Positions 18,845 through 29,031 of a stretch of 51,864 bases of DNA are shown here, piece by piece. Within the stretch, counting starts at the first letter, position 1; each line of letters begins with the position of its first letter. Location of the stretch: the NCBI GenBank assembly GCA_022771765.1, contig JALELN010000043.1:1-51864 (forward strand). The letters run 5' to 3'. This DNA is from Lachnospiraceae bacterium (GTDB taxonomy: Bacteria > Bacillota > Clostridia > Lachnospirales > Lachnospiraceae). The translations under genes and the position numbers were made by a program. Below the pieces are notes generated by a model. That model saw only the letters and a list, made by a program, of their open reading frames with translations. It searched no databases and was not told the origin of the DNA.

Positions 18845-19717
18845 CTATCGATGCATCAACACTAAAATGGTCAGATTTATGCCGCCTGCCACAAGTGTCA
18901 CCACCCACGTGCTGACCAGCAGCACTTTCCAGTTCACACGGGCAGACACATTATCAATCAAAATCTCCAGAAAATATGTCAAAAGAACGACAATCAAAGC
19001 TGCCACATAACTAATAGGATGACTGTTGATGAAAAACAGCGCCACAACACCCATCAGAAATACCGTCTCATACCACTCCGCAAGATGGATCAGCGCAAGA
19101 TTGGAGCCTACCATTTCCTGTGTGACACCGCGGACGATCTCCTGATGCGCGTGATGTGCCGTACTTAAATCAAAAGGTGACTTGCGCATTTTGATCGTCA
19201 AAATAAAAAGGAAACCGACGAACACACCAGGCAGATAAAGAATCGCGCTCATATTCATGCCGATAATATCTTTCACATAAAAGGTTCCGGTTGCAACATA
19301 AAATCCCACAGCTGTCAAAAGTACCATCGGCTCATATGCCATCATCTGCACCAACTCACGCTGACATCCCACAGAAGCATACGGAGAATGGGTAAAGGAA
19401 GCCGCCAGCACCAGAAACATTGCACAGGTCGTAAGTGAAAAGAAGCAAAGCAACAGATCCATTCCCGCAAAAAACAGACCTCCCGTAATGACCATGAAAA
19501 GCAGATAGGTCATAACCAAAAATGTCTGGGAGCGCTTTACAACCAACGGCTCCTTCTGAAACAGCTTGATCACATCATAAAATGGCTGAAAAACAGAAGG
19601 TCCCTTTCTTCCCTGCATACGCGCAGAAAGTTTACGGTCCACTCCATCCAGAAACCCGCCGACCAAAGGCGCACACACCAGATAAAGCAGAACAAAAATA
19701 ATTTGTTTCAAATCCAT
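18845..19717 (-). CDS. echB: Ech hydrogenase membrane subunit B (NuoH-like)
   Basis: DRKLSARMQGRKGP..QPFYDV.KL, KSPFD; TAATG coupling to echA. Confidence 0.92.
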   Translation of the reverse strand: MDLKQIIFVLLYLVCAPLVGGFLDGVDRKLSARMQGRKGPSVFQPFYDVIKLFQKEPLVVKRSQTFLVMTYLLFMVITGGLFFAGMDLLLCFFSLTTCAMFLVLAASFTHSPYASVGCQRELVQMMAYEPMVLLTAVGFYVATGTFYVKDIIGMNMSAILYLPGVFVGFLFILTIKMRKSPFDLSTAHHAHQEIVRGVTQEMVGSNLALIHLAEWYETVFLMGVVALFFINSHPISYVAALIVVLLTYFLEILIDNVSARVNWKVLLVSTWVVTLVAGGINLTILVLMHR

Positions 19718-21612
19718 TATACCGCACCTCCTATGATCAGGCACATCATGATGATCAGCACACCTGCACTGACAATGATGCAGGGAGTCAAAAGTTTGTT
19801 TTCTCCCAGATAATCCACCATATACCAATTCGCGGTATAGAGCTGCTTTTCCTCTCCAAAAGAATCAATAAAATTCTTGTTATCTCCTGCGTTTACTCCA
19901 TTCATATAAGAGATCACATGCTTTCTCTTATGTCGCTTTGTACCGAAATAACATGCAACCGGAAGTACCACAATCGCAATCAGCAGAATCACCATAACCA
20001 TGATGTCCGCACTGTCCAGTGTCATCATTGCACTGCCCAGCAGACTTGCCTCAATGGGCAGTACCACATATTTTGACATCGGCACACAGAGCAGGCAGAT
20101 CACCACCATAATAACCGCGTGAATATACAGGGATGCATACTCATTTTTCTTTGTCACATCCCGAATGGGTGTATCAACACGCGGCGGTCCGATGATCTTT
20201 GCCATCCACTTTGTCCAGTAAAACATCGTTGTTGAGCTGCCAAAGGCAATGAAAATAATAAGCAGTGGATTGCTCGCATCCACAAATGCCTTGAACGCTG
20301 CCCATTTTGCGATCAGCATGCCAAACGGAGCCAGATACATGCCCGCTATACCGATCAGCATAATAAATGTGAGACGTGGCAGACGATAGATTAACCCCTG
20401 CATGTTCTCAATATTCCGGCTGTGCAGGGAATTTTCAACTGCTCCGACATCCTGAAACATCATTGCCTTGCTGACTGCATGGAAAATCAGAAGATAAATT
20501 GCCGCCCAGATTGTCTCCGGCATTCCGACACCCGCGCATGCAACGATCAGGCCTAAATTTGAGATCGTCGAATAAGCCAGTACCGCCTTTGCATCTGATT
20601 TGGAGATAGCCAGCAGCGATGCCAGAAGAAAGGTCAAACCTCCGATAAAACTGACCATGGTTCCGGTCATCGTTCCTGCAAGCACCGGTGAAAGACGAAA
20701 CAGCAGATAAACGCCTGCCTTTACCATCGTTGCACTATGTAACAGAGCAGAGGACGGTGTCGGTGCTACCATTGCGCCGAGCAGCCAGCGTGAAAACGGA
20801 AGCTGTGCAGATTTTGTCAACGCTGCAAACACAAAACATACAATCGGAATCGTAAGGCCACCCTCAACAATCGTCTGCAGATCCACCACACCGATCTGAA
20901 AAGCAGAAACCACGATACCGATCGCCAACATCAATCCTCCGAGTAAATTCATCCACAAAGCACGAAACGAATTTTCGATTGCCTCGTCTGTCTTTGTATA
21001 ACCGATCAGCAGGAAAGAACAAATACTTGTTATTTCCCAGAAGAAGTCCATCCAGAGCATACTCTTCGAGAGCACAAGCCCGAACATGGCTCCCAGAAAT
21101 ACAAAGATGAGTGAAAAGAAATAATATCTGCGATCGGGGAACTCCGTGTGATAGTGATGATAGCCGTGCATATAGCCGACAGCGTAGATCGTAATCATAC
21201 CGCCGATAAATGCAACAATAACAATCATCAACAGTGAAAGACGATCTAAAAATATCTGCGGGGTTCCGGAAATCTCCGGTCCGAAATGCTCTACCCAGAT
21301 GATCAAAAGTGTCTGCACAATCGATAACAGACTAATCAGATATTTTCTGTGCACAAAGCACTGGTAAACGACAAGGAACATCAATCCCACCTCTGCGATC
21401 AGGATCACCATGTCGGCCAGCTCACTCTCCACGAGAATGGCTGTTCCCTGTGCGCCATGGGAGATGAAATCCACAAGCAGCCAGACAACCGCCGCCATGA
21501 TCGCGGCAAGCGATGCATATGCCACGCCGTTACGAATTTTGTTATTCCTTATAAGATACATAAAAACAGCCACCACAAACGGGAAGCAGATAAGGAAAGG
21601 GATTAGCTTCAT
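19717..21612 (-). CDS. echA: Ech hydrogenase antiporter-like subunit A (NuoL/MrpA-like)
   Basis: WEITSICSFLLIGY, KSAQLPF..WL.GAMVAPTPSSALLHSATMVKAG. Confidence 0.93.
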   Translation of the reverse strand: MKLIPFLICFPFVVAVFMYLIRNNKIRNGVAYASLAAIMAAVVWLLVDFISHGAQGTAILVESELADMVILIAEVGLMFLVVYQCFVHRKYLISLLSIVQTLLIIWVEHFGPEISGTPQIFLDRLSLLMIVIVAFIGGMITIYAVGYMHGYHHYHTEFPDRRYYFFSLIFVFLGAMFGLVLSKSMLWMDFFWEITSICSFLLIGYTKTDEAIENSFRALWMNLLGGLMLAIGIVVSAFQIGVVDLQTIVEGGLTIPIVCFVFAALTKSAQLPFSRWLLGAMVAPTPSSALLHSATMVKAGVYLLFRLSPVLAGTMTGTMVSFIGGLTFLLASLLAISKSDAKAVLAYSTISNLGLIVACAGVGMPETIWAAIYLLIFHAVSKAMMFQDVGAVENSLHSRNIENMQGLIYRLPRLTFIMLIGIAGMYLAPFGMLIAKWAAFKAFVDASNPLLIIFIAFGSSTTMFYWTKWMAKIIGPPRVDTPIRDVTKKNEYASLYIHAVIMVVICLLCVPMSKYVVLPIEASLLGSAMMTLDSADIMVMVILLIAIVVLPVACYFGTKRHKRKHVISYMNGVNAGDNKNFIDSFGEEKQLYTANWYMVDYLGENKLLTPCIIVSAGVLIIMMCLIIGGAV

Positions 21613-21679
21613 AACTATTGCTCCTTTCGACCATATTTTTGGTCATTGATTTTTTAATTCCGGCACAAAATACCTTTTT

Positions 21680-21708
21680 ATTATAAATCATTTTTTGCCA
21701 GATGTTAA
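21680..21708 (-). promoter_or_regulatory. Putative sigma-A promoter of the ech-hyp operon
   Basis: TTAACA-17nt-TATAAT on the minus strand. Confidence 0.6.
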
Positions 21709-21736
21709 GCAAAAAGGAACGATTCATTGCAAAATA

Positions 21737-22069
21737 TCACAACAATCGGTCGATTGCCTGATTCAGCTTTTCGATAGCTTCATTGTCACCGGTCTCTACC
21801 GCGTCTACAATGCAGTGCGAGATATGCTGTTTTAAAATCAGTTTTCCGGTATTTCCAATTGCGGCCTTCACTGCCGCCAGCTGGATCAGCACTTCTGTAC
21901 AATCTCTTCCTTCCTCCACCATATGCTTGACGGACTCCAGATGCCCGATAGCCTTTGCGAGACGGTTGACAATTGCACGCACCTCCTTCGGATCATGGGT
22001 ATGCCCGTGATCATGACTATGGGTGACCACTGTTCCATCTTCCAGAATATGTGTATGTTCCTCCCTCAT
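21737..22069 (-). CDS. CsoR/RcnR-family metal-sensing repressor with His-rich N-terminus
   Basis: RLAKAIGHL..V..M.E.GRDCTEVLIQLAAV, HISHC; HSHDHGHTH leader. Confidence 0.9.
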   Translation of the reverse strand: MREEHTHILEDGTVVTHSHDHGHTHDPKEVRAIVNRLAKAIGHLESVKHMVEEGRDCTEVLIQLAAVKAAIGNTGKLILKQHISHCIVDAVETGDNEAIEKLNQAIDRLL

Positions 22070-22080
22070 TGTTCACACTC

Positions 22081-23265
22081 CTATATTTCTCCTACCGAAA
22101 GCTTGTCCACCGACTGAATAATTCCACGGATCTCCTCCTCATACTCAGGGTGAAGCGACATCAGATGATCGATTTGCGCGCGCTCCTGTTCCACCACGTT
22201 CGCATTATACTGAATGCGGGCCCGCAGTTTCTGCCTGCGAACAAGCAGATTGTGTTTCATCTCAGACATCTCGCCCGGATGAATCAGCGCCAGCGGCTGA
22301 TCCACCCATGCCTTTGCGTCATAAAGCCGATACTCCTTCAGTAATCTGATCAGCTTTTGGTTGTAATAATCCAGATCATCGTTCGTACGCATATAGCGTT
22401 CTTTCCTTCGCACTTCCTCCAGATACTGCTCCCACTGATACTCCAGTTCTCTGGCGTTTCTCACATGGTATTTCTCGCATGCGTAATCCACAGCGTTAGT
22501 GATATTCACATATTTGATCTTTGTCTTATTCAGAAGCGAAATCGCCCGATTCGCATTTGACTCTGCCCGCGCGATACCCGATACAGCGTTCTGATAGCGC
22601 ACAAAGATAAAAAATCCACCACCTGCAGCCAGCGTTGCCAGCACAATCCACCCCCAAGTAATATCAACTGAGAAGCCGGCCTGCAAAACAACCAACAAAA
22701 TCAAACACAAAAAAAACGCCGAAAATACAATGTATGAAGCAATGCGCAACACATATTTTTCATGTAGCAGCTCACTGCGCAAAAGTGTCCATTGCATCTT
22801 TTCCCCTTCCAGATACGCCATATCATGCTTGATCGTCGTCTGATATGCCTCATTTTCGCGCATCCTGCGCACCGTATCCTGTATATCCGGCTCCATCTGC
22901 TCCAGCATGACATACTGCGCATCTGATATTTTCTTAGACATATTCAGGTACTGATCCCGCTCCTGATGCAGCTTTGAAATATTTTCCGCTACATCCCGGA
23001 TCGGAGCCTTCTGCTCTTCAGGAAGATCTGTCAAAAACTCGATATCCTTCAGATAGCTTGTGACAATATCATACTCTTTTTTTTCCTCACCGAGTTCTCT
23101 CGCGGACTCAATAATCTGCTCACAGTGATCCAGCACATAATGTCCAACCTTGCGATGATCCAGATCATTCTCCTCCGGAAACAAATCATCGGTCATATCC
23201 TGTACATCGTTCTCATGATCCGCATTATTCTTACGTGAAAAAAAACGTTTCAAAAATCCCATCAT
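22081..23265 (-). CDS. Hypothetical membrane protein (two TM helices flanked by coiled coils)
   Basis: Central hydrophobic pair IASYIVFSAFFLCLILLVVL and WGWIVLATLAAGGGFFIFV; charged helical flanks. Confidence 0.75.
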   Translation of the reverse strand: MMGFLKRFFSRKNNADHENDVQDMTDDLFPEENDLDHRKVGHYVLDHCEQIIESARELGEEKKEYDIVTSYLKDIEFLTDLPEEQKAPIRDVAENISKLHQERDQYLNMSKKISDAQYVMLEQMEPDIQDTVRRMRENEAYQTTIKHDMAYLEGEKMQWTLLRSELLHEKYVLRIASYIVFSAFFLCLILLVVLQAGFSVDITWGWIVLATLAAGGGFFIFVRYQNAVSGIARAESNANRAISLLNKTKIKYVNITNAVDYACEKYHVRNARELEYQWEQYLEEVRRKERYMRTNDDLDYYNQKLIRLLKEYRLYDAKAWVDQPLALIHPGEMSEMKHNLLVRRQKLRARIQYNANVVEQERAQIDHLMSLHPEYEEEIRGIIQSVDKLSVGEI

Positions 23266-23267
23266 TT

Positions 23268-24053
23268 TCAATCCTCGCACTGATCCGTGTACGACTCCAA
23301 CCACCGAGCAAGCTGCTGTCCCTCAAAATGAGTTGCATCTGCACCGCTCAATGTCTGTTGCAGCAGTTGTTCCATGTGAGTACGCTCCGCTGCGATCTGT
23401 GAGGCATTTGCCGTAAAACGCATTGCCAGACCGTCCAGCAGTCTTTGTTCCCCGGACAGACATGCCGCATCCACGGCTTCTTGCAATGTTTCTATCCGGT
23501 GATTGAGCACATATCCTCTGGCAAAGCAATCCACAGCTTCCGCAAAATCCTGCAGTTTCGCATACGCACACCCAAGATTACTCCAGATGTCACCTGCCAC
23601 ATGTCCCTGTTCTGAGATCACTGCCTCATCGTTCAAAAGACGCCGGTATGTAGAGATTGCCTGCACATATTTTTCTTGATACATAAACTGATCTGCATAA
23701 AATTTTTTAGCCTCAAGACCACTCATATGATCATACTTTTGCAGCTGCACATTCAAAATCTGCAGTTCACTCGTTGTGAGATAACCATTTGCTGCCTCAA
23801 TCGGCAAAAAGAAATCCTTTAACCCGACCTGCGCCTCAAGCTTCTGTCTCAACATGACCGCAAGTTCTTTCATTCCAATCTCCCGATCAACCCAGTCAAC
23901 AAACTCTGCTTTCATAAAGTCATCCCGAGCCACAAAACGTGCTGACTGCACAAAATACATCAGCTCCTCCAGCGAATAAATATTTACTTTTCCGCTTTCG
24001 ATATAAAAGGGGGTCTTTGCCCTCGGACTTTTACATAAAATTAACTGTCCCAT
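23268..24053 (-). CDS. Hypothetical TPR-containing protein
   Basis: TPR-like DIWSNLGCAYAKLQDFAEAVDCFARG. Confidence 0.75.
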   Translation of the reverse strand: MGQLILCKSPRAKTPFYIESGKVNIYSLEELMYFVQSARFVARDDFMKAEFVDWVDREIGMKELAVMLRQKLEAQVGLKDFFLPIEAANGYLTTSELQILNVQLQKYDHMSGLEAKKFYADQFMYQEKYVQAISTYRRLLNDEAVISEQGHVAGDIWSNLGCAYAKLQDFAEAVDCFARGYVLNHRIETLQEAVDAACLSGEQRLLDGLAMRFTANASQIAAERTHMEQLLQQTLSGADATHFEGQQLARWLESYTDQCED

Positions 24054-24093
24054 CGTCCGCCTCTGTCACTGTTTTCTACTTCATCCATTATAA

Positions 24094-25326
24094 TTATAAT
24101 TGCAGTTCATATTCCCATTTTTTTCCTGTTCCCGGCACCAGTTCGCCAAGGCCAACATCCGTCAATGTCACCAGTACGTCGTGATCGGAGCGCGGAACAG
24201 CGTCTATGATCATGCGCGTTGTACGGTTTTCTCGCTCCGGAAGCGCACTTAACGTCACGGTCTCGATTCGTGCCTCCCGGCTGTTTGGCTGCTGAATCCA
24301 GAAATCAATCGACGGGGTTCCATCAATCACTACCTCACAGTTCCCCTTTGCCTCATACCAAGGTACGCCTGCAGTAACCAGAGTAAAAAATGAAAGATTG
24401 CCCCGCTCATATACCTTTAGACTCACGTTGCACTTCATCTCGTGCTCGCCGATGTACACAAACTGCTGCGGTTTTGTATCATCCATACGCATTGCTGCAA
24501 AGCACGCGCCCTTGGAGAAGAGATTTTTTCCTAAAAACACGCGACGTCCCTGACAGAGCAGCTGGAGCGACTGCTTCATCCATCCGGTTTCAAATCCTTC
24601 TCCCACCAGATAAACAGTCGTGATAATCTGTTTGCCGAACGCCTGCGGAATGATCCGCGAAAATACCTCGTCCTCTGATCCAGCCTCAAATCCATAGCAC
24701 TCCTCCCGCACAGACAGCAGTTGCGGCCTGGAAGCTTTTTCCCTCTCCAGACACCAGAACTGCATCTTTCCGCTCCTATATTCAAACAGGCCCATATCAT
24801 GCGAAGAAAACTCCGGTGGCTGATTGCTCCCATAGTAGAAAAAACTTTCCTTATGATCCATAAAATGCACGGTATGCTCCGGAAGCTGCATAGTTTTCAC
24901 GCACTCCTGCAGCAGCCGGATCATTGGCACATCCAACGTGCGCGTCGTAATAACCAGGCACGCCAGCGTGACCATCGGTCCGAGTCTGCCAGCCATTGTC
25001 ACCATTTTCTTTAAAAACATTGCCAGAAGGTCAGAGAGCGCAAACAGCTTTTCTCCCAGCTGTACCTGCTCTGTGCGCAGTGCCCGTTCCAGCAAATGAT
25101 CCTCACATTGCCCCAGACCTGCTTTTGCAACACGGCGAGCCTCCTCTCCATACGCCCATCCGCCGTCCTTCTTCAGACAGATCGCAATCGGAATCGAAAA
25201 GATTTCGCTGCCCGCCATAGGACTTACTGTCTCCGGTTCGCTGCCCGCATAGGAAAAGCTCACCATCGCCACATCACCGTCCAGATCAATTCCTATATAT
25301 ATTTTTTTCCCGGTATCCTCTGCCAT
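24094..25326 (-). CDS. DUF5716-like protein, degenerate Hsp70/actin-like fold
   Basis: IYIGIDLD N-terminus, YGEEA, VYLVGEGF, SKGAC; C-terminal beta-rich D.GLGEL region. Confidence 0.7.
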   Translation of the reverse strand: MAEDTGKKIYIGIDLDGDVAMVSFSYAGSEPETVSPMAGSEIFSIPIAICLKKDGGWAYGEEARRVAKAGLGQCEDHLLERALRTEQVQLGEKLFALSDLLAMFLKKMVTMAGRLGPMVTLACLVITTRTLDVPMIRLLQECVKTMQLPEHTVHFMDHKESFFYYGSNQPPEFSSHDMGLFEYRSGKMQFWCLEREKASRPQLLSVREECYGFEAGSEDEVFSRIIPQAFGKQIITTVYLVGEGFETGWMKQSLQLLCQGRRVFLGKNLFSKGACFAAMRMDDTKPQQFVYIGEHEMKCNVSLKVYERGNLSFFTLVTAGVPWYEAKGNCEVVIDGTPSIDFWIQQPNSREARIETVTLSALPERENRTTRMIIDAVPRSDHDVLVTLTDVGLGELVPGTGKKWEYELQL

Positions 25327-25379
25327 AACCTACCCTCATATATCCGCATCTATTCTGAAAAAACATGTATCTTCAAATA

Positions 25380-28300
25380 TCAGATCACCCGGAACAGGCG
25401 CGCTGCAAGACTGTCGTACGCCTGATACTGCTTCATCTGTTCCTGCAGCCGCGCCACATCGCCATCCTGCACTGCTTCAACCATCTGTGTCAATCTCTCA
25501 TATCGGTTTAGGGGTATATCCTGATATACCGGAAGCTCCACGAGATGACTCTCCGTTATGTTCTCCATGCGCTCACTTTTCTCAGAAATGTAATATTCCA
25601 TCTGCTGTCCGCCTGCAAGGCGGATGTGCCACAAATAAATTCCCGCAATTACCGGTTCCAGCTCCACCTTCTCAAAGTTACGTTTTCCCCCGCTGATACG
25701 ATAGTTCAGCCATACCTGAGAATCCGGAACAGCCGACCGATATTCCACCACGCACACATCATAGAGATGATGACGGATCAACTGCTTCGCCGGAAGCTGT
25801 AAAAAGCAGGAAAAATATTGCTTTTTCTCTATGAACTCATCCAGAAGCTCATCCACAAACTGCTCCTGCTCGGCAGTCAGCACCTCATAGGACGTGTAAT
25901 GTTTAAACAGAGCAAGCCGCAGATACTTGTTTGCCTTGTGTTTTCCCAAGGTCATCTGCTCCAGATACAGATACAGTTCCGGTTCGACTGCCATCTGATT
26001 CACAAATACCTCATACGAAAAATATGTCAGATATGCCAGACGCACCTGTTCTCTACCCTGTCTTGAACAATAATCGGCAAACACCTTCTGCACATCCGGT
26101 GTAAATGCAGTCGAGAACACCATCTGGATGAGCAGACGCTCCTCCAGTTCTGATACATCCAGCTGTTGTTTCACAGCCTCCCGCCAGATCTCCACCATAC
26201 GGCTTGTGGGTCCCTGATAATAGCTGCACAGATATTCCAGAATCGGTCGTTCCTTACTTCCCCGCAAAAAGCACTGAATTGCAAAAAAGATCAGATGCTC
26301 ATCCTCCTGCATTTCCTGCTCTTTCAACTGTGCCAGCACAATCTGCGACAGCGACTCCGATGACAGCCTGCCAAGCCCGTATTGCTCGAGAAACACCCAT
26401 GCTTCCCTGTACATGTGAAGTTGAATCATTGACTCCAGATAGCGATCCCGGGCACTGCGTTCCAGCCTGCCAAAATCAATCTTTAACACATAATCCCTGA
26501 TATCATCCGCATGCCCTTCACCCCTGCAATATTCCAGAAATCCAGGGCTGATCCGGCTCTTGAATTCATCTGATACTGCATCGGAGCGAACGAGCATCCG
26601 CGCAAAGCCTGCCATACGCGCATCCATATGTAACAACTTTGTCTTTCCGTTCATATGGTGCAGCACATATGGAAGTTCCTCCGGAGCCAGTTCCAGACAT
26701 TTCCGGATATAACGCCCGGGATTCATCAGTCGTTCCATCTGTGCATCGGAGGACAATGCATAGCGCCTGCCATGAATATCCTGAAGCAAAATGACATAAT
26801 TGCCCGGATACACTGGAAAATATGCCTGATGCCCCACAACCGGATACACCTGCGGCAGCTTCAAATTCTCCTGCTGGACGATCACATGCGTGACGGGCTC
26901 CTCCAGACAGGTAAATTTATTCGTATATAAAATCCGCGCCAGCGCGCGTGCAAGCTCCTCTGTCAATGGCATTTGCTCCAGTACATGCGCGTAGACAACA
27001 GCCAGATTATCATCCATGTGTCCTGCCAGTATCTCACTCTCCGCAAAATCCTGCATGATCTGACGGTATCGCTCATAGACCTCTGGCTGATTTTCACGAT
27101 TTGCAATAATATTGACATAAAGTACTGCCTTCTGGCGATAGGTCAGATGATTATTGTACTGAAAATAAAGCTGTACGGACTTGGGAAGCTGTCGAATCTC
27201 TCTCGGATCCAGGGATGCCATAAATGCTTCATAAAGTCCTGTAATCTGCAGGTCATGCTCGATTGCCAGTTCATACCACGGATGCATCGCCGGACCAAAC
27301 TGCTGACCCTTGATCCGATATGCACAAAGCCCCGCCAGCATTTCCTCCTGCGGATATGCCTCGTAACAGGCCTCCAGAATCTCATCCAGCATTCGCGTAT
27401 AGCTGCGGACACCAATCGCGCGGCGAACAATCTGCTCTGTCAGGTCTCTGGTAAGCCTTCTGTTTTTGCATACCCATTTCAACACATGTAATTCAAACCG
27501 CCCCAGTGACAACAGGAGATATGGCTCCCTCTCATAGATATCAGCAGCTCTTGCATAGAGAAAAGGGCTTGCCATTCCCTGCAAAAACCACTGTTCCATA
27601 AGACGAAGCTGCTTGCCGGACATCTCCGGCGAGTGATCCGCAATCTGCATAATGATAAATCTCATCCACACATCATCATGATTTACACGGTAAATTTCAC
27701 GGATCTGACCGTAAAGCTTATCTAAAACTGTCTGTTCTTTCTCTGTGATTGTACACAGATACAGAAAAAATGCCCACTCATGATCCGTACCCGCACTGCG
27801 GCTGTGGCGATACTCATCCAGAATCCATGATGCCTCCTGGTTTTGTCGGTTGAGCAGGTATGTATACGCACACCAGAGCGCATCCATATCCGAGTTTTCT
27901 CCCCGATCACGTCGGTTGCGCAAAAGCCTGGTTGTCCGTTTTGCCCACTCACCCAGAACCATACCTCCCGCAAGAAACTGCTCATAGTCGCGTAGCATGC
28001 TCAGATTCTCCATTGCCAGATTCCTGCGGTCTTCGCGCTCCATATCCCAGACGACCCGTTTGGTCGCCGTAATATCAAATGTCTCCTGTTGCGCAAAATT
28101 GCTAAAGGTCAGCCGCGCAAAATTTCTGCCGGCATGCATCCGGTCCGGATAGATCTGATAGCGAAACTGCAGATGATCCCCATTAAAATCATCGCTTGTC
28201 AGCGTATCTTTTTCCAGCGAAATGAAATCTGCGTCACAGGAAACTGACAGCTGCGTATAGCCCCAGTCGCTCAAACGAATCATCAAGATTTCTTCTACCG

Positions 28301-28916
28301 GCTCAGACAGCTGCAGATGCTCTGCGGAACTCTCTGACAACGAAAAAGAAACCCGTTTTTTTCTGCCGCAGGCAATTAGAAATTCCTCCATATTCGCCCG
28401 CGACACAGGCTTTGATGACAGCAATTTATAATACAGTCCCTCGCTCGGACTTCGTAGCAGCTTTTTAAATCCGGGAGCGGAAAACACGTGCACACTCTCC
28501 CGCCAGTTCACCCGGTACAGCCGGATAAAATCATCCATATTCCTGATCCGTCCGATGGAAGTTTCTGCATAGAGACGTTTGACCGCCACGGACCAAGACA
28601 GATTATACTCTCCACCGTTGCTGATGATAAAAAACTCTCCGGTGGCCACTTCTCCCTCCTGCATGTAATTTCCGTGAAATTCATAGCGAATCTGAACATT
28701 CTCACCCTGAAACTGCGGATTTTTTATTTCCATGCGAAGATCCGTAGAATAGACCACGCCCCTCATCGGAATCTTATTGATACTCGAGATCGTAAAGCTT
28801 CCTGAAGCCATGCTTCCTTCCACCGGTTCTAATCTTACCGTCTCCGGAGAGAAAGAGAGCACCGGCAAAACGGTATGTACTTTTCCCTCTGCCAGTTCTT
28901 CAATTCTTTTGTACAT
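25380..28916 (-). CDS. DUF5717-like large protein (1178 aa)
   Basis: Long ORF with beta-rich N-terminal segments (SNGGEYNL), helical middle and beta C-terminus; adjacent to DUF5716-like gene. Confidence 0.7.
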   Translation of the reverse strand: MYKRIEELAEGKVHTVLPVLSFSPETVRLEPVEGSMASGSFTISSINKIPMRGVVYSTDLRMEIKNPQFQGENVQIRYEFHGNYMQEGEVATGEFFIISNGGEYNLSWSVAVKRLYAETSIGRIRNMDDFIRLYRVNWRESVHVFSAPGFKKLLRSPSEGLYYKLLSSKPVSRANMEEFLIACGRKKRVSFSLSESSAEHLQLSEPVEEILMIRLSDWGYTQLSVSCDADFISLEKDTLTSDDFNGDHLQFRYQIYPDRMHAGRNFARLTFSNFAQQETFDITATKRVVWDMEREDRRNLAMENLSMLRDYEQFLAGGMVLGEWAKRTTRLLRNRRDRGENSDMDALWCAYTYLLNRQNQEASWILDEYRHSRSAGTDHEWAFFLYLCTITEKEQTVLDKLYGQIREIYRVNHDDVWMRFIIMQIADHSPEMSGKQLRLMEQWFLQGMASPFLYARAADIYEREPYLLLSLGRFELHVLKWVCKNRRLTRDLTEQIVRRAIGVRSYTRMLDEILEACYEAYPQEEMLAGLCAYRIKGQQFGPAMHPWYELAIEHDLQITGLYEAFMASLDPREIRQLPKSVQLYFQYNNHLTYRQKAVLYVNIIANRENQPEVYERYRQIMQDFAESEILAGHMDDNLAVVYAHVLEQMPLTEELARALARILYTNKFTCLEEPVTHVIVQQENLKLPQVYPVVGHQAYFPVYPGNYVILLQDIHGRRYALSSDAQMERLMNPGRYIRKCLELAPEELPYVLHHMNGKTKLLHMDARMAGFARMLVRSDAVSDEFKSRISPGFLEYCRGEGHADDIRDYVLKIDFGRLERSARDRYLESMIQLHMYREAWVFLEQYGLGRLSSESLSQIVLAQLKEQEMQEDEHLIFFAIQCFLRGSKERPILEYLCSYYQGPTSRMVEIWREAVKQQLDVSELEERLLIQMVFSTAFTPDVQKVFADYCSRQGREQVRLAYLTYFSYEVFVNQMAVEPELYLYLEQMTLGKHKANKYLRLALFKHYTSYEVLTAEQEQFVDELLDEFIEKKQYFSCFLQLPAKQLIRHHLYDVCVVEYRSAVPDSQVWLNYRISGGKRNFEKVELEPVIAGIYLWHIRLAGGQQMEYYISEKSERMENITESHLVELPVYQDIPLNRYERLTQMVEAVQDGDVARLQEQMKQYQAYDSLAARLFRVI

Positions 28917-29031
28917 ATTCCTACCTGTCAGTCACTTGAATTTATACACAATTATGGTATACTATCGAGTAATATTATACTATATTTAGTAGCTGATAGC
29001 AATTGTTTTCGATTCAGGAGGTAAGTAATTC

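Noticed and set aside
23238-23245. A8 homopolymer near the 5' end of the membrane protein gene as a phase-variation site
   Set aside because: The frame is intact and similar 8-mers occur elsewhere in the window encoding Phe/Lys runs
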